A DNA stretch of 64,000 bases from Lingula anatina. Its lineage: Eukaryota > Animalia > Brachiopoda. Every line of letters starts with the position of its first letter. Within the stretch, counting starts at the first letter, position 1. The notes under the pieces are model-generated. The model was not told the origin of the DNA, made no database searches, and saw nothing but the letters and a program-made list of their open reading frames with translations. Location: the NCBI GenBank assembly GCA_051362555.1, contig CM120642.1, forward strand, positions 29,636,001 to 29,700,000, in the 5' to 3' direction. Made by a program: the position numbers and the translations under genes. This document shows positions 26,598 to 40,560 of the stretch, piece after piece.

Positions 26598-27730
26598 ACA
26601 CTGACCATAAAGGTTGTCCCACCCTCATTTCCATGAACTTTTATTTACAAATGATCAGCTGTAAATTGTTAGAAATAGTGCTTTTCATTACAGATACCGT
26701 GTCTAACATGATAAATGGTTTAAAAAATACAAAATGGTGGTGAAAATATGCACATTTTATACCATTTAGTAAAATTTATAAGAGGTACCCCCTCAAATCC
26801 ACTGTTTCACTGTGACTTCTACAGATGTTAAGAAATGTCTATTAAATTGAAAGGACGCCATCAAATATAACCAAATTCACACACAATTAGCATTAGGGTA
26901 GGCTCGTTAAAGGTCACGTGCCTAACAGCGTGTGGGTATTTATCTCCTGTAGACGGTGCGACAAGCCATCAACACGGGTAACAATTCTGTTTTGTGGGAT
27001 ATTGTCCCATTCTTCTTAAACAAGTTGGGGGAGTTGGTCCACGTTTTTATGGGGTTGGTTTTCCTTTGCATTGCACACTTTAATTCATGTCACAGTTGAT
27101 TGGTAAGTTTAATATCAGGGCTCAAAGATGGTGGTTCCATCCTTAGAGCATTGTGTGTCTTCAACAAACAGTTGCCAGGCGAGAGGTGTGAGCAAGTGTG
27201 CAGTCATGATGAAGCCTGGAGTTAACCCCAAAGTCACCTCTTGAAGATGGAATGAGATATCAGCTGAGAATGCTATGTTCATTGATCCCACAGGCACCTG
27301 AACCTGGCCACACATCACTGGAAAGAAGTCGGTTTTGATGCAGAATTAAATTATGTCTTGTATCCCATCGATAGTCAAATTAGGGTCCATAGACATGTTA
27401 AAAATGCCTCTTGGAAGGGTCTGTGAAGGATAATATCGCCTGAGGTGTTAGATCAGTTCGCATTTGGAGAACATTCCAAGCCCATAGTATTAGGACATTG
27501 TTCCTTTTGGAACAAAACGTAACAGGTGCATTTCCATGTGACATTCTTAATTGAAATCTCACTCCATTTGCAAGAGATGACTTCAGTGATGCTACAGGCT
27601 TCATTGTGACAACGCACTTGCTCACAGCTCTCTTCTGGCAAGCGATTTGTTGCAGAAACACAGGGCTCTGAGGATGGGACAACCGTCTTTAAGTCCTGAT
27701 ATTAATCCTACTGAGCACCTGAGTCAAACA
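26598..27730. mobile_element. Degenerate Tc1-like transposon remnants
   Basis: Minus-strand EEWDNIPQNRIVTRVDG at about 26950-27015 resembles a Tc1 C-terminus. Plus-strand PSLSPDINPTEHL at about 27683-27722 resembles WPxxSPDLNPIEHLW. The terminal-like sequence at 26598 recurs at about 25817. Confidence 0.6.
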
Positions 27731-28187
27731 ACTTTTGCAAAAATGATCCGATCAAGCTGTATTTTCATAACAGTGATCGCTCTTGCGATTTTTAAGATAT
27801 TAGGCTTGTCAGTTTTCCTTGAAATGTGTTAGCAGTGTTGCAGATATGCTGAAAAAAAAGGAAAAAAAGTAGAATAACTTTTGAAAGCTGGTCCGATCAT
27901 GCTGATTTTCTAACTCAACCTGAGTTTTATGAATATTCATCAGTTCCATTAGTTTGAAGACAAATATAAGTTTTCCACTTACTGTTATATCACTGAAAGT
28001 GCACAGCGATGGCAGACGACAGACGCAGGTGATAGCTTTATGAACAGACACATATGTGTCTGTATATAAAAAAGTACAAATATTTGTTTGAGGGACAGCG
28101 ACCAGGAGTTTTAGTACTTTTCACTGTCTAGACATTGTGGCACCGATCACTGTTTCTCCCAGGAATTACCGAGTTGAGTTATAGTTA

Positions 28188-28722
28188 CGAGGGTTGATTG
28201 ATAAGTAGTGAGCCTCATATAGAAGGGGTACACATTTTACGAGTATTTTTATTTATTTTTTAACATAGTCTCCTTGAGTATATATACACTTTTGCCAGCG
28301 AGTTTTGAGAGCCTCTATGCCACTTTTATAGCAGCCCTTCTCTTGGCCGTTCAGAAACCCCTCCACTTCACGTATGACGTCATCATCTGACACAAAGTGA
28401 GTACCTGAAATGGCCTTTTTCAATTTGGGAAATAGATAATAGTCAGAGGGAGCAAGATCAGGCGAATAAGGTGGATGTTCTATCAGTTCAAAGCCACACT
28501 CGTTGATTGCAGCCATGGCAATGACAGACTTGTGAACAGGGCATTTTGCAAAAGTCACTTGCCTTGCTTATTTGAGAGTGCTACCTCGTCGACATAAACT
28601 AACCAAATGACACCAAACTTCGGCTACACACCTTTAAATAGTCAGGGAATAGAAGGGCTAAAAAGGGATATCCCTGCTTAACCCCTTCCACACGAGGCTC
28701 ACTACTTATCAATCAACCCTCG
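28188..28722 (-). mobile_element. Internally deleted mariner element with a C-terminal transposase remnant
   Basis: Perfect 28-bp TIRs CGAGGGTTGATTGATAAGTAGTGAGCCT with a TA TSD. ORF 28253-28558 contains HPPYSPDLAPSDYYLFPKLK and RWQKC...GDYV, hallmark mariner DD34D C-terminal motifs. Confidence 0.93.
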
Positions 28723-29603
28723 TATATCCATTCAGTTTAAAAATTCATGATAATGTGAAAAAAATAATTCGAACTGTTACCATGGCAACAGCTATCATAA
28801 TGACGAATTCCAGAGCAACAGATACATTTTTGTTTTTAGATGGGGCATTTTTAGAATCATTTTCATCCAAAAGTAGCATTTGGGCAGTGATTACGGTTTA
28901 AAAAAAGTATAGCAACGGTTACCATGGAAATAATGGATAAATTCCAGAAAATATATCTTGTCAGATTCTTCTCGTGTAACTTTCCAGAAAATTTCAAATG
29001 GATATTTTACTCCATTCAAACGTTATGCCAATTTTGTTTAATTGATTGGGCAATTAGATGACACTTTTGGCTTCCACTATTACATACTCTTCCATAGAAG
29101 ATTTCAAAATTTTGTGGCCGATTAGCATTCTTGTAAATTTAATAACTGTAAATTTAATAAGTCTGTAGTTACGTACACTGTAAAAACGGTGTTTACCTCC
29201 TAAACGCATTTCTAAGCGCCTGTTTTGTCTCATTTTTTCGACGCGTTTAGCTCCTAAGCACGTTAATCCCCTTAACATGTTACACGCTTTGACGCCTTAT
29301 AAATGTAGGATATATTTATTTAACTTTTAGGTGCTAAGGGTTTCAAATGTTTTAGTCACACACGCACGCACGCACACACACAAGAACTCACGGTCACCTT
29401 TAACTGCTATAGCTATTTCTATCCATAACAGGGTACCGTGAACTGTCAACATCGTTGACTTAACACCATAACCTTTACAGCTGGACTTATTCATTCTTGT
29501 GTTATAGCTGAACTTGCAAGGAAGTTTATTGGGATGTATTTCTGAAAAACAAAGTACGAAAATTTACTAGTTCTCTAAAGACACAAAATAAGCTATCACT
29601 TTT

Positions 29604-32071
29604 CAGCCATTCCACGAAAAAGGGTACAATTCTGAATAATACCTGTCGCAGCTAATTTTCGGTAGTAAAAGCATCTGCAATTTAGCTCTTTTTTTTAGCC
29701 TTTTTTAGCAGGACCCGATGTGTTCTACTTAAAAAACAACAATTAATATAGTATCACTTGCTTTGAAGGGAACCCCGGGGGTCTATATGCCGCAAAAAGC
29801 ACGATTTCGACGTGTCGCTTTGGTATTATAGCTGATTTGCCACAAGAAAACGTTTATATTTTCCCGTATTTAAGTGTCTTTAGTCCTCAACTAATTTGAA
29901 TTCATGTTTCTTTTTATCATATATGGTGTTCTCTGTCGAATTTGTTGGTAAGTTACGTCACTGTCATAGTTTAATCAATGTCGCTCAGTAACCCCTAACC
30001 TCCGTAACGATTTTTTAAGTCAGTGTAAGAATAAAAGAAAATGCTCTTAAATGGCATTTTTCAAACTCTTTATACATGAAGTTTAATAAAACAGTGCTAT
30101 TTCTTAATTTTGAATGATGCGTTCCATCATAGAGAATGTTAACTCACAAAAGTCAGGGTGTCGCATTCAAGAGCCTAACCTCAGTAACGCACCAAATATG
30201 AAGAAAATGTTGCTTTAGAAAGTTAAAAACATCATTTTTGTTAAGCAAGGACCAACTTCTTCCTAAAAAATTCATTCAATAGTTATGCAAAGTTATCACG
30301 AGGATAAAAACTGAAAAAGAGTGCGTGTCACCTTACATCCGTTATGCTAACCTCCGTTACCAAATAAGTTAATTGTTATAAAAATGACTATTAATACTTT
30401 AAAACGTTATTTCTGTGGTTTTGTGAGTTAATTCTGATCATAGAAGTAGTTCTACTTCTGTGTTCTGATGTAGTATGCATTCATACCGCTTGCTGTTAAA
30501 GACATTCCCCCGTATTAATATAGATATAAAATATACATATATAGCTGATAATTCTATCAAGCTAATCTCATAAGTTTTTACTCGAGTTTGCTATAAAATC
30601 GAGGGAAAATCGTGTTTTTTTTTTCGAATTGATTTCCATTTGTCACTTGACGATGCCTTTTTGAACTTATCATTCTGATTTTAAGCGAAATGAGGAGTTT
30701 TCAGGACTGTCTTGGCAAGAAAAATGGTACTAGCTGACATCAGTACTAGCGTACATGTAGCAGACATTATTTTCGCGGGAGACATTTGGCGAAATATATT
30801 AAGCATTGAAGCAACGCTTATATTTATCAGGTAGAACTGCGGGGTTATTAGGCCCTATTTTACTATTTCAGTAGCACATAATAGTTGTTATCATCTTCTA
30901 GATGCTTCCAGTAACTTTAAATGGACAGTTATCCGCAAACACGTGTCCATTGTCGGCCTACTTGATTGTATACATTAACTTTCTCGGGTATTGTGTTGTT
31001 TTTTATTGCCTATAGCTGCGATCATGTACATGTAGGTTTAATTTTTTGTTATACAGACACCAATACGCCAATTAGAAATACAGAGCGACAAAAACACTAC
31101 AGAGAAAGAAAAAAATCTAATGACCGCGAAGCTTTTCTTGTGAAAGATTTTGAATTGTTTAAATGCATGACGTAATTTAGACTAGAGTTTTACCTAACCT
31201 CTGTTACTAAGATTATAAATTAAACTATTACTCTGGTAAAATATGGAACGTGGATTCTACAGATACATCGATCAAAATATTAGCGGTAAAATGAGTAGCG
31301 GTAAATGTATTTATGTAGTCCTTGAAAGAAAGCAAAACAACCCGTTGTAACAATTTGCCATTTATTGGTTTGAGTAAACATGTTTTATCAATTTTTCTAT
31401 GTTATTATGTAACGTTTGTCGTATCTGTAATACTACAAATTCCGAATTCAGCCTCTAAAGTCTACTTTAAGCTAAGAAATATCAAACAAATATGATCGCT
31501 ATTAATGACCTAACCTCCGTTACGAAATGACTCATTTTTCATTTGAACATTGGATATGTGTGTGCTCATTGATCAATGCTCATATCATAATAGATTGATT
31601 GCACTTTGTTCATAAACAAATAGTATGATAAAAAGCAAGTCTGTCCCCATTGATTAATAAAATATTTAAATTGGAATATCTCAGGCTTTGTATTTATAGA
31701 AAACAAGCCACTCATTACCAATGTGTTTGCACCGCATTTTCTATAATTAAAGAGAAATCTTAAATGGGCAATAATATTTTGAATACATACAAAATCTTAA
31801 TAATTGAATCAAATATGGAGCCTGTGACCTTCGGCATAATTGAAATATAACCTAATTTAGATGTTACCTAACCTCCGTAACGAAAAAAATACCATGTACC
31901 ATGTTTACACGTGCATATTTCTTTAAATACAGTAATGGTGTGGGTTAAAATTCTTCTACTACTCTCTCAATACCTCTTCATCAAAATAATATAAAAAGTT
32001 TTCCAGTTTTGCAAAGTTCATATCACTGCATTTCTTGTTTTGGAATTGTACCCCTTTTCGTGGAATGGCCG
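29604..32071. mobile_element. About 2.5-kb non-autonomous DNA transposon with a 4-bp TSD (Sola-like)
   Basis: TIRs C(A/G)GCCATTCCACGAAAA(A/G)GGGTACAATTC at both ends, TTTT TSD, and a dispersed internal motif CTAACCTC(C/A)GT(A/T)AC in at least 6 copies. A decayed ERQKHYRERKK peptide lies at about 31080. The superfamily assignment is inference from TSD length. Confidence 0.75.
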
Positions 32072-32197
32072 TTTTACTTTAAAACACCTTTTTTCATATT
32101 TTGATAAAATGCGTTACGGTATTGATGTCTATCCGGAAGTAATGAACAATAGAACACCAGGATGATGGTGGGGTATTCACTATAATAGTTTATTTAA

Positions 32198-32412
32198 GGC
32201 TGTATTCCCAGAGCTTTTAGATCGATCTATCCCCGCGGGGAGTCTCACTAGATTACTGTCAGATAATGCGGTTTAAATGTCCGTCTCGCCTACTACAAGC
32301 TGTAAGGGGGTAATTAACTTTCGTGTCCGCCCGGCTGACAGCTTTTGAGCGTGAACCCCCAGTGAGATAGGTCGATCTAAAGTAGATCGATCTTATCTCT
32401 GGAAATGGGGTC
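32198..32412. mobile_element. PIF/Harbinger (Tourist-like) MITE, copy 3 (opposite orientation)
   Basis: Reverse complement of copies 1 and 2, with a TAA TSD. Confidence 0.85.
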
Positions 32413-33956
32413 TAAGGTTTCATCACATGCTGGTTATTTCGGTACCGATAGCCCGAATATTCTACAATTCGCACCGCTCTAGTCGCCGACTAACCCCGAG
32501 CCCATTTTGGAATTGACCGCTAACTGTAGCTCATACAGCATAAGACGTGTTTTGTTTTTTTATGAAAAAAAGTTTTCAAAACATTATATAATGTTTTTCC
32601 AGAATGTTATAAAAACGCTGATAAAACTCCACAAATTAACTTTAAAATAAAATTTTGTAGAAACGGTCTTCGATTCTTTCTACAAATTACTGTAATGTTT
32701 TTTTATTATCTGGGACACCATTTTGCATGAGTTAAAAACACCCATAACGTTACCTTAAAGCAATAATAACTCTTCCTTTGAGATTCAAAATTCCGCATGA
32801 AATACATTGTAAACAACACATGGAAATATATTCTATTGTATTTTACCACTAAAACGGCCGTTATTGTAGTAAAACTAAAATCTGTGCTTGTCAATGGGGC
32901 TTTCGATGCTTTTCTTCCCAGTCATCAAGGCATTCGTTGCTAATGACGTAATGGTGTCACGCGGATTCGCGCGTTCATTCGAGACCAAAATAACATGGCG
33001 CCAAACGCATTAATGCGGACGCAGACGTAAGTTGCGAGTTTTTGTACAGTGCGTCGGATAACGAAAAGCCCAGAATGGCACACATTGTGGATATAAATGC
33101 ATTTTTAACAAAAAGACGAATATATCTCATGAATCTTATATAGTGTTGTTGTTGTCTGCTTTTCCCGCGGTTTTAAGTAGGTCACCAGTGACTTTGCAAT
33201 GTCAGAGAGAGCTCCGTCAGTTAAAATCTCTTAAGAGATTTTAACAAAAAACCGTACATTTAGGAAAAAAACCCTGGATTAACTTTGAATGCAGGAATGG
33301 GGTCGTTGACCATTGGTAAGTACGGGAAAATTGCCGTTTTTTCCAGGCAAATCCAATTTTTGGCCAAAACGAAGAGTTATTATGACTTTAATTTAAGGAG
33401 GCCCTCTCATATTAGCTTTTTTTTGCGATCTGCGGAGATTTCGCGCATGAGTAGTTTTTTACGATAGCGGCTAATTATAAAAATATAACATGCAATAAAA
33501 TACGTAATTTATCCTTTTAAGAAATCTGTATGAAATATTTAATGTTATTTTGGTCGAAGCGCTACGAATATGTCAACAATGCGTTGCGTATCAGTGAACG
33601 CTTGGTCTTTTACGACGTAAAGTACCCACTTGCGCCTTTGTTTACAAATGCCGCAATGTACGAAATTACGCGAAGAAGGGATTGAAAAGAGCGTTTTAGT
33701 AAGGCTTGTATAGCAGTGACATAATCTTATCTCACAAAAAAACATTCACAAGGGCTTGCATTTTGACCACAAAGTGTATTGCTAAGATTTGTCATATGGT
33801 TACGATGTGTGTAGCAAGACATTGTCTTCTTCAGCATTGGTTTCCGATCACCCAGGTTGCGGTGATTTGTATGCTGAAAACAGTTCTCTTTTCTCTCACA
33901 ATTAGTTAAAATAATTAGACTCATGGCGTTTTTATTATTATTATTATTTATTATTA

Positions 33957-33988
<32 letters not shown>

Positions 33989-35159
33989 GTATGTTATATG
34001 ACCTGTAAACAGTGCAATTTTAAGCTCTCCTGGAAAGATGCAATAGGTGTGCACCCATCCGGTGTGTTGCGATGTCATTCTTGTAATGGTTTAGAACCAT
34101 AAAACACACAACAGAGGACCAAGAGTTTTTTTATGCAAATACATGTAATACTTTTTTATGCTGGGAAAATAAACAGTATACAGTATATAAGAAGATAAAT
34201 TATATTTTATTCCAACTTTATCCAAATTTACCCAATCATTAACAATTTAGTTTGTACATTACTTAACAGAAATTATTCAGCCCATAATGTATTAGAATAT
34301 TGTCTTGAGTCAAAAAATTTAGTTGATGTATGCAATAATAAAGAGCAGAAAATCCTTTGATCTCATAATCCTGGGCCGCGCGAAAAGAGTAGTAGAACCA
34401 AGCCTTTTTTTTTTTCAGTGTTTTTAATCTTTTTTTTTTATCGACATCACAAAACAAAACATACATTTTTCACACTAAACACATATGACAACATATATGC
34501 AACAGACACAAACTAGCATACAGTAGTCTCATTGGACATTAACAGCACAAGGGAGTGACAGAATACGTTGCACAAAATAACAGAAGTAATAGTATATAAT
34601 ACACATAACACAAACTGATAAACATATATCGTAACATATAAACAAACAAACCAGCTTATTATCATATATAAGTCACACCGGATTCTACACATTACAAACA
34701 TATCAGGGTACCATTTATAATATACCACAGTCACAATATATGTTATTATGCAGATTGTCGGGAATAACAGAGAGCATCACTCACTTACAGGATCATACAG
34801 AACAAATAAGCGTACAATAGTCTCCATAAACAATCTGGTACAGCACGCAAGAATGACAATTGGGACTATCGAGCTATATCTCAGATACATATAAAGGCTT
34901 AGCTGTGAACTCAGGTACACATAAAAAGTTGCTACACATTACATACAAACATATAACAAGTATCCATGAGCAATCTGGTGCAACACAAAAGCCTGACAGT
35001 ACGGACTATCGAGATGTGAACTTAGGCACGCAAAGATATTAGACATGCACAATTGGCTATGACTCCAAACAGTAAGAGATTGTCATACATTTACACTCGA
35101 CACGCATTGTATCGTTCTAAGTAAGGCTAAATATTAAATTGTGTAAGCATTCGTACATG

Positions 35160-35825
35160 GCCTTAAGGTGCCCCAAATTCTGTACTGAGTCCAGATATTT
35201 TTTAGCAAATTCAACAAAAGAAATAGGTTTGTTTCTGCACCTAAAGCTGTAGATATAGTATTTGATTAACATATTTAAGACATTATACGCATCTTTATTT
35301 TTTCTTTTTTGTCAAGAATTCCAAATATAAATGTTTTTTTCTCTAAAGTCATATTCAGCTTGTCTTTGATTACATTTCAAAAGGTTTCAGTTACGGAACA
35401 GTCCCATAGTACATGAATAATTGTCTCCGTCTCTTTCTCGCACCTTTTACAAAGGGGGGTGTTAGCCAAACCAGTTTTTGCAAGATAACTATTTGTCGGT
35501 AATATATGTTGATTTATTTAATACTGGAACCATTTAAATTTAGGACTGATAGGAAGGTTGAAAGGCAGTTTATTTATTAGAGACCACTCTTTATCATTAA
35601 TATTGAACAATTTATTCCAATTCATTTTGCCCTTTGAAATAGAAGCATTCTTACTAAGTATTTTATAAAAATCTTGGCAGCCCTTCTTACTTTTAAAGAA
35701 GATACTTAAATACTCTGGGAGTTTAGGGAGCATTACTTCAGATTCGTTTATATCATGCCATCTCAAGTATCGCTTAATGATGCTTACCACCCCTTGATAT
35801 TCTAGGAAGTTGTTTTTAATCTTAA
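35160..35825 (-). mobile_element. 5'-truncated L1/Tx1-clade LINE remnant (ORF2 C-terminus with zf-RVT)
   Basis: Reads NFLEYQGVVSII...KFKWFQY*INQHILPTNSYLAKTGLANTPLCKRCEKETETIIHVLWDC. The C-x2-C-x8-H-x4-C knuckle preceded by FQY-I-HxILPTN is typical of L1/Tx1 ORF2. An in-frame stop is present. Confidence 0.85.
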
Positions 35826-38800
35826 TATGATCAAAATTAAAATAAAAAATGATACTGAAACATAATGAATTATCACAAAAAAAAAATTCACGGCAGATTT
35901 TGACCCAGGAAGATCCCTGTTATTTGATTTTTTATTTCATCCCATTCAATTAACTAAATCCTGTGTTCAACCTTTAGCAAATTCTATATAATACCTAGTT
36001 TATAAAAATAATTCCTTCATGTTTAGGGGGAAAATCAAGATGTCGTGGTTAATATATCAGCATTTGCACATGTCATTTCAAAGAGGTCTAGATGGTCTTT
36101 ATTGTCTTCTATGTGAAATTAATCTAAACACAAAAAAGAGTAACAAAATGTATAAAGTAATAAGAAAAATGCATGTAGGATGTCTATAATTCCTAGATTT
36201 TAAATAAGTATGTATATCTATTATTGATATTTATTTGATTTCATGTTGTAAATATAATATGAAATCAAAATAAACTGATAACCAAACGATGTCTTTAGAT
36301 GAAAGTTCTAACTTTTTTGCCACCTAGTTTCCAAAGCACGTTTGCCAAGAAATATGGCTACATGTAACGTACATGTACCAGTAGTAAGAAATTGATACAT
36401 TGTTTAAACAATGTATATTAAAATATACAAAGCAAACAATCTATCCAGCTATCTCAATGTTAAAAATGTATAAACCAGTAAGAAAAAAGGAATAGGAAGA
36501 TAAAAGTCACAAGAGATTGATACATGTGCTTGTAGGTCCAGCCTATGAAAAATCCAATATAGCGGCATTCCATGAGGCATACTGAAATCCAACTGATACT
36601 TTCAACATTTGAATATCTATTTATTATGAATGGGATACGCAAACTTTATGAAATTTGGTTAGCTGATGCAGAGAAGTATAAATATAATTTTCATGGAAGC
36701 AAAATAAGTTTATGAGTTCAAAAACCCACGATACAAACATATTCATTTAAATTTGCTTGGAAATTTCCATTAATTCCTATGTAAAATTGATAAAAAATCA
36801 ATGTTCAAGCAGCCGTGGCTCAAAAACAAGCTCGGTGTAGTACATATTTTTTTTTGTAAATTTCTTTGAGGTCTACCAAGATCAATAACATATCCACATA
36901 AAATTAAAATCGCTAGGGCAGAATTTTTTATTTTTGCATTTTTCAGCAAAATTAAGGGCATTTTGGCAAAATCCCCCTATAACGCAATGTAATAAACGTA
37001 GCGTTTTTCGGGACGCCACCTCTCGAAAACGAACTGGAGTACCCCCAATTTTTTTTTCATATTTTTTACTCATATGGTAAGAAGATTTTGCCTTACAATT
37101 TTAATAAAAATCGCTAGGGCAGAAATATGAGAGAAATCTGAAATATGAGAGAGCGTCCTTAGATAAAGTGAATAAATCACTCGATCAGCCACAAAAGAGC
37201 TTTAGACTGCTCTTTAAATTTTTGGTCAGAAATCTAACCTACTAATGTGACCTACTTTTTTGCCCCATGTAGGCCTATATACAGGATAGTAAGCTAGCAG
37301 AAAAATCCATTCAAATATCATTTTTCGGGTACGTAATATTAAACAATGCCTTCTGGCAATTTTCTTAATCATACTGTTTGAAACTATATGCTGAAGTTTA
37401 GTTGATTTTGTATGCATCTTTAATAGGCCTATTTTAAATAAGCATAAATAAATAGGGAAGGACACCAGGCGTTTCTGTCGAGCAGGCTGCTCCACGCCTT
37501 CAACAGCTCCACAAGTTTACAAGGGGAAGTGTCAAGCCAAATTGTTGAGCCTTGTAATAAACTTATAGGACCGGTGAAACTAATCACAATGCTAAAAGTG
37601 CGACACTTCTAAGCATGCTAAACATTTTTATTTCTTCTGAAAGAAGTTTGAAAAGCAAAACGTGTTGTTCAGCTACCTTCTACCAGGGCCACAGATTTAT
37701 TTTTCACAGATACTAGTATTCACAGATATAATTCTAGATAAATAGACAGTCATTTCGGTCTCACGTCGCCTCAGCAAAAAATGTCCACAATAACTGCGGC
37801 ACTGGTAGAGGGTATTGTTCAGCAGCTCCACACGTTTACGAATTCCAAATTAATAGAGTGAATGATAAAAAAGTCCATCCAGTCGGCAAATTTGGTGTCT
37901 GAGCTTTCTGGGGAATAACATTTTTATCAGAATAATGAAAATGAAGCGTAGTAGAGGGTTGTTCATATAATGTTGCGCAGCACCAATTAGGCACAGAGCG
38001 TACCTACGTCGTGGAAAGTATTAAAATATCAATCAACATAAAATCCCAAATAAGGGCAGCGAAGCGTTTTTTTTTTTTTTTTTTTTCATTATTTTTTATT
38101 TTCCAAACCATTACACAGAGGTGCTACGCAAAAATGATCCAGTGAAAGTCACTTGCGTTTGCGGGCAAGTAACGCCAGTAGGCACAGGCACTGTGGTATG
38201 ACGAGCCCTGAATTACATATAACGTGGACGTTTGCTGCCAAATTTACGACAAAATACCCAGACGAGTTAATTTTGTAATCAGTTTTTTCATAAGTAATAT
38301 ACACCATTGCTGGATGCCTGGAGCTTCTCAAAAAGTTACTGGACCGACGGGCCGATAGGACAAAAAACAGCTCATTCAAAAATTATATTTTACTGTATCA
38401 GCTGAAATCAAAGACCCTTGTATGTATGTCGTTAAAGTACCACGTGACCCAGATCTTTCGCTTCATTTTTGCATATTGAAGTCGGGTTTTTTAAAACGGT
38501 TTTTCTATTAATAGACTGTTGTTTATTGGGTGGTGATCGATTCAAACCTATCTCGAGAGTACAGACTGAGTGCTGGATCAACCAAATTCGATAAATGGAG
38601 TTAAACGTGTGGCAAACCCTTTAAGGTTACTCTCAAGGTTTATAATCATCAAATAACTTAATAATGCGTATGGAAGCATTGACTTCTTCAAATGACTGTT
38701 AGACGAGAAGTTCACACGTGTCAGATCTAGAGAATACCTAGTCTGCCATGAAAAGAAGTGTGTGGCTCTTAATCTTGCGTATCATAAATCCCACCTACCT

Positions 38801-39292
38801 CATCATTTCTTTAAAAGGTCATTGGAAAAGCCGTGATTCATTTACGAAAACAAGCTCACCTGTCATTTTTTTACTTATCTAGAGACACCAAAGGAAGAGA
38901 AAGAGAATATTTTGTCAGAATTAAAAGAAGCGGTTAATGTAAGATTGTAATTAGTTAATAGTATAAGCTCACCAAAATTGAATAGCTGAGGGCACCATCC
39001 TCCGGCATTTTCTTTCTTCTTATTTTCACGTCTTTGATTATGGTCACCCCGATTTTTCGGCTGAGCTTCTGTTGGGTCTGTAAAATTATATACTGCAAAG
39101 CTAACCAAATTCATTGTTAGTTGAATAAACACGTTTGATCATACACATTTCCATGGACTTGCTGACGGCCAATAATTACTATGTTACTATGATAATACAA
39201 AAACTGATACTCAAATTAAACAATACTATACCTACGGGACGAAATCGATATATGTTTCAGTGAATTCCATATTCTACGTAAACACCATAAAA

Positions 39293-40560
39293 TAAGGGGC
39301 CCTGAAGTAAGTGTCTAGTTTCTAGTTTCCAGTTTCGTTTTTCAGAAATGATTCTGGCAACCAGAAACTAGTGTCGTTTTTCAAAAGCGAACCTGGCAAC
39401 CAGAAACTAGTGTCGTTTTTTAAAAATGATTCTGAGAAGCCAGAATTGTTTGTGCGCAGAGAAACAGTGTTGGACGGAGGGAGAGGCAACTTGCAATTAT
39501 ATTAGCGTCTACCGTGACCAGGTTACCCTTACCGCAAAGGGTGTTACGGTCTCTCCTAGCCGTGTGCTGAGATCGAGACGGTCGCCAATTAGTGCCTACG
39601 GCGCTCAGGTAACCCTCACCACGGAAGCCGGACAGAGTGTTCAGGGAGTAACGGTCTTTCCTCGCCGCACGGTGAGGCCGATTGACTGCAGTCACAGCTA
39701 GTCGACCGCCTTCACAGCGGAAGCCGGGAAGGGTGTTAAGGTGGGGTTGGGGGTGGGCGGATGACGGTGAGGAGGGGGAAGTTTCTAGTTTGAGGTATAA
39801 TTTCTAATTTGATTGAAGTTTTCAAAAATGAACCTGGCAACCAGAAACTAGTGTCGTTCTCCAAAAACGAACTCGGCAACTAGAAACTGCATGTAGTTTA
39901 GTTTTTTGTAAAACGACTCTGGCAACCAGTAGCCAGTATCGTTTTTCGAAAAAAAAAACATTAGTTTCTAGTTGCCAGAATCCTTTTTTTTTTTAAACGA
40001 CACTGGAGTTTTGACATCAGAATCGTTTTTGAAGAATGCAATTAGATTAAAATTAATTCTTCAAACTACGAAAGGAGACCCTGGCCCTCCCTCCCCGCAA
40101 GCAATTAAACGATTCTAGCAAATAAACGAAATTATCTTTTTTCGAAAATGACACAAATTTTTAATTGCCAGAATTTTATTATTATTATTATGAAAAAAAT
40201 CAAACTTAATCAACCCTACAGACGAGACAGCAAATGCCGATCTGTGCGCCGTATATACCGAGACGGAGGAGAGAGACCGTAGTGTTCAGCATAGCTTCTG
40301 CAGGGAAGGCAACCTGTAAACGGCGGACGTTTCGGTCTCAGCGCACAGACTGCCCGGCTTCTGTGGTGGAGGTTTCCTGGTCGCAGTAGACGCTTATCGC
40401 CACTCGCCTCCCCCTCCGTCCACTTCTGTTTCCCCCCGCAAAACGATTCTGGCTACTCAGAATCGTTTTTGAAAAACGACACTAGTTTCTGGTTGCCAGG
40501 TTCGTTTTTGAAACACAAAACTGGAAACTAGAAACTAGACACTAACTTCAGTGCCCCATA
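39293..40560. mobile_element. About 1.27-kb foldback/MITE-like element with long inverted arms
   Basis: Left end TAAGGGGCCCTGAAGTAAGTGTCTAGTTTCTAGTTTCCAGTTT matches the reverse complement of the right end AAACTGGAAACTAGAAACTAGACACTAACTTCAGTGCCCCATA. Repeated subterminal motif CTGGCAACCAGAAACTAGTGTCG; GC-rich inner arms are also inverted (39430-39520 vs 40375-40470). No clear TSD. Confidence 0.75.

Noticed and set aside
39420-39701. Overlapping 91-aa ORFs on both strands in a GC-rich patch
   Set aside because: Explained by the low stop-codon frequency inside the GC-rich foldback element.
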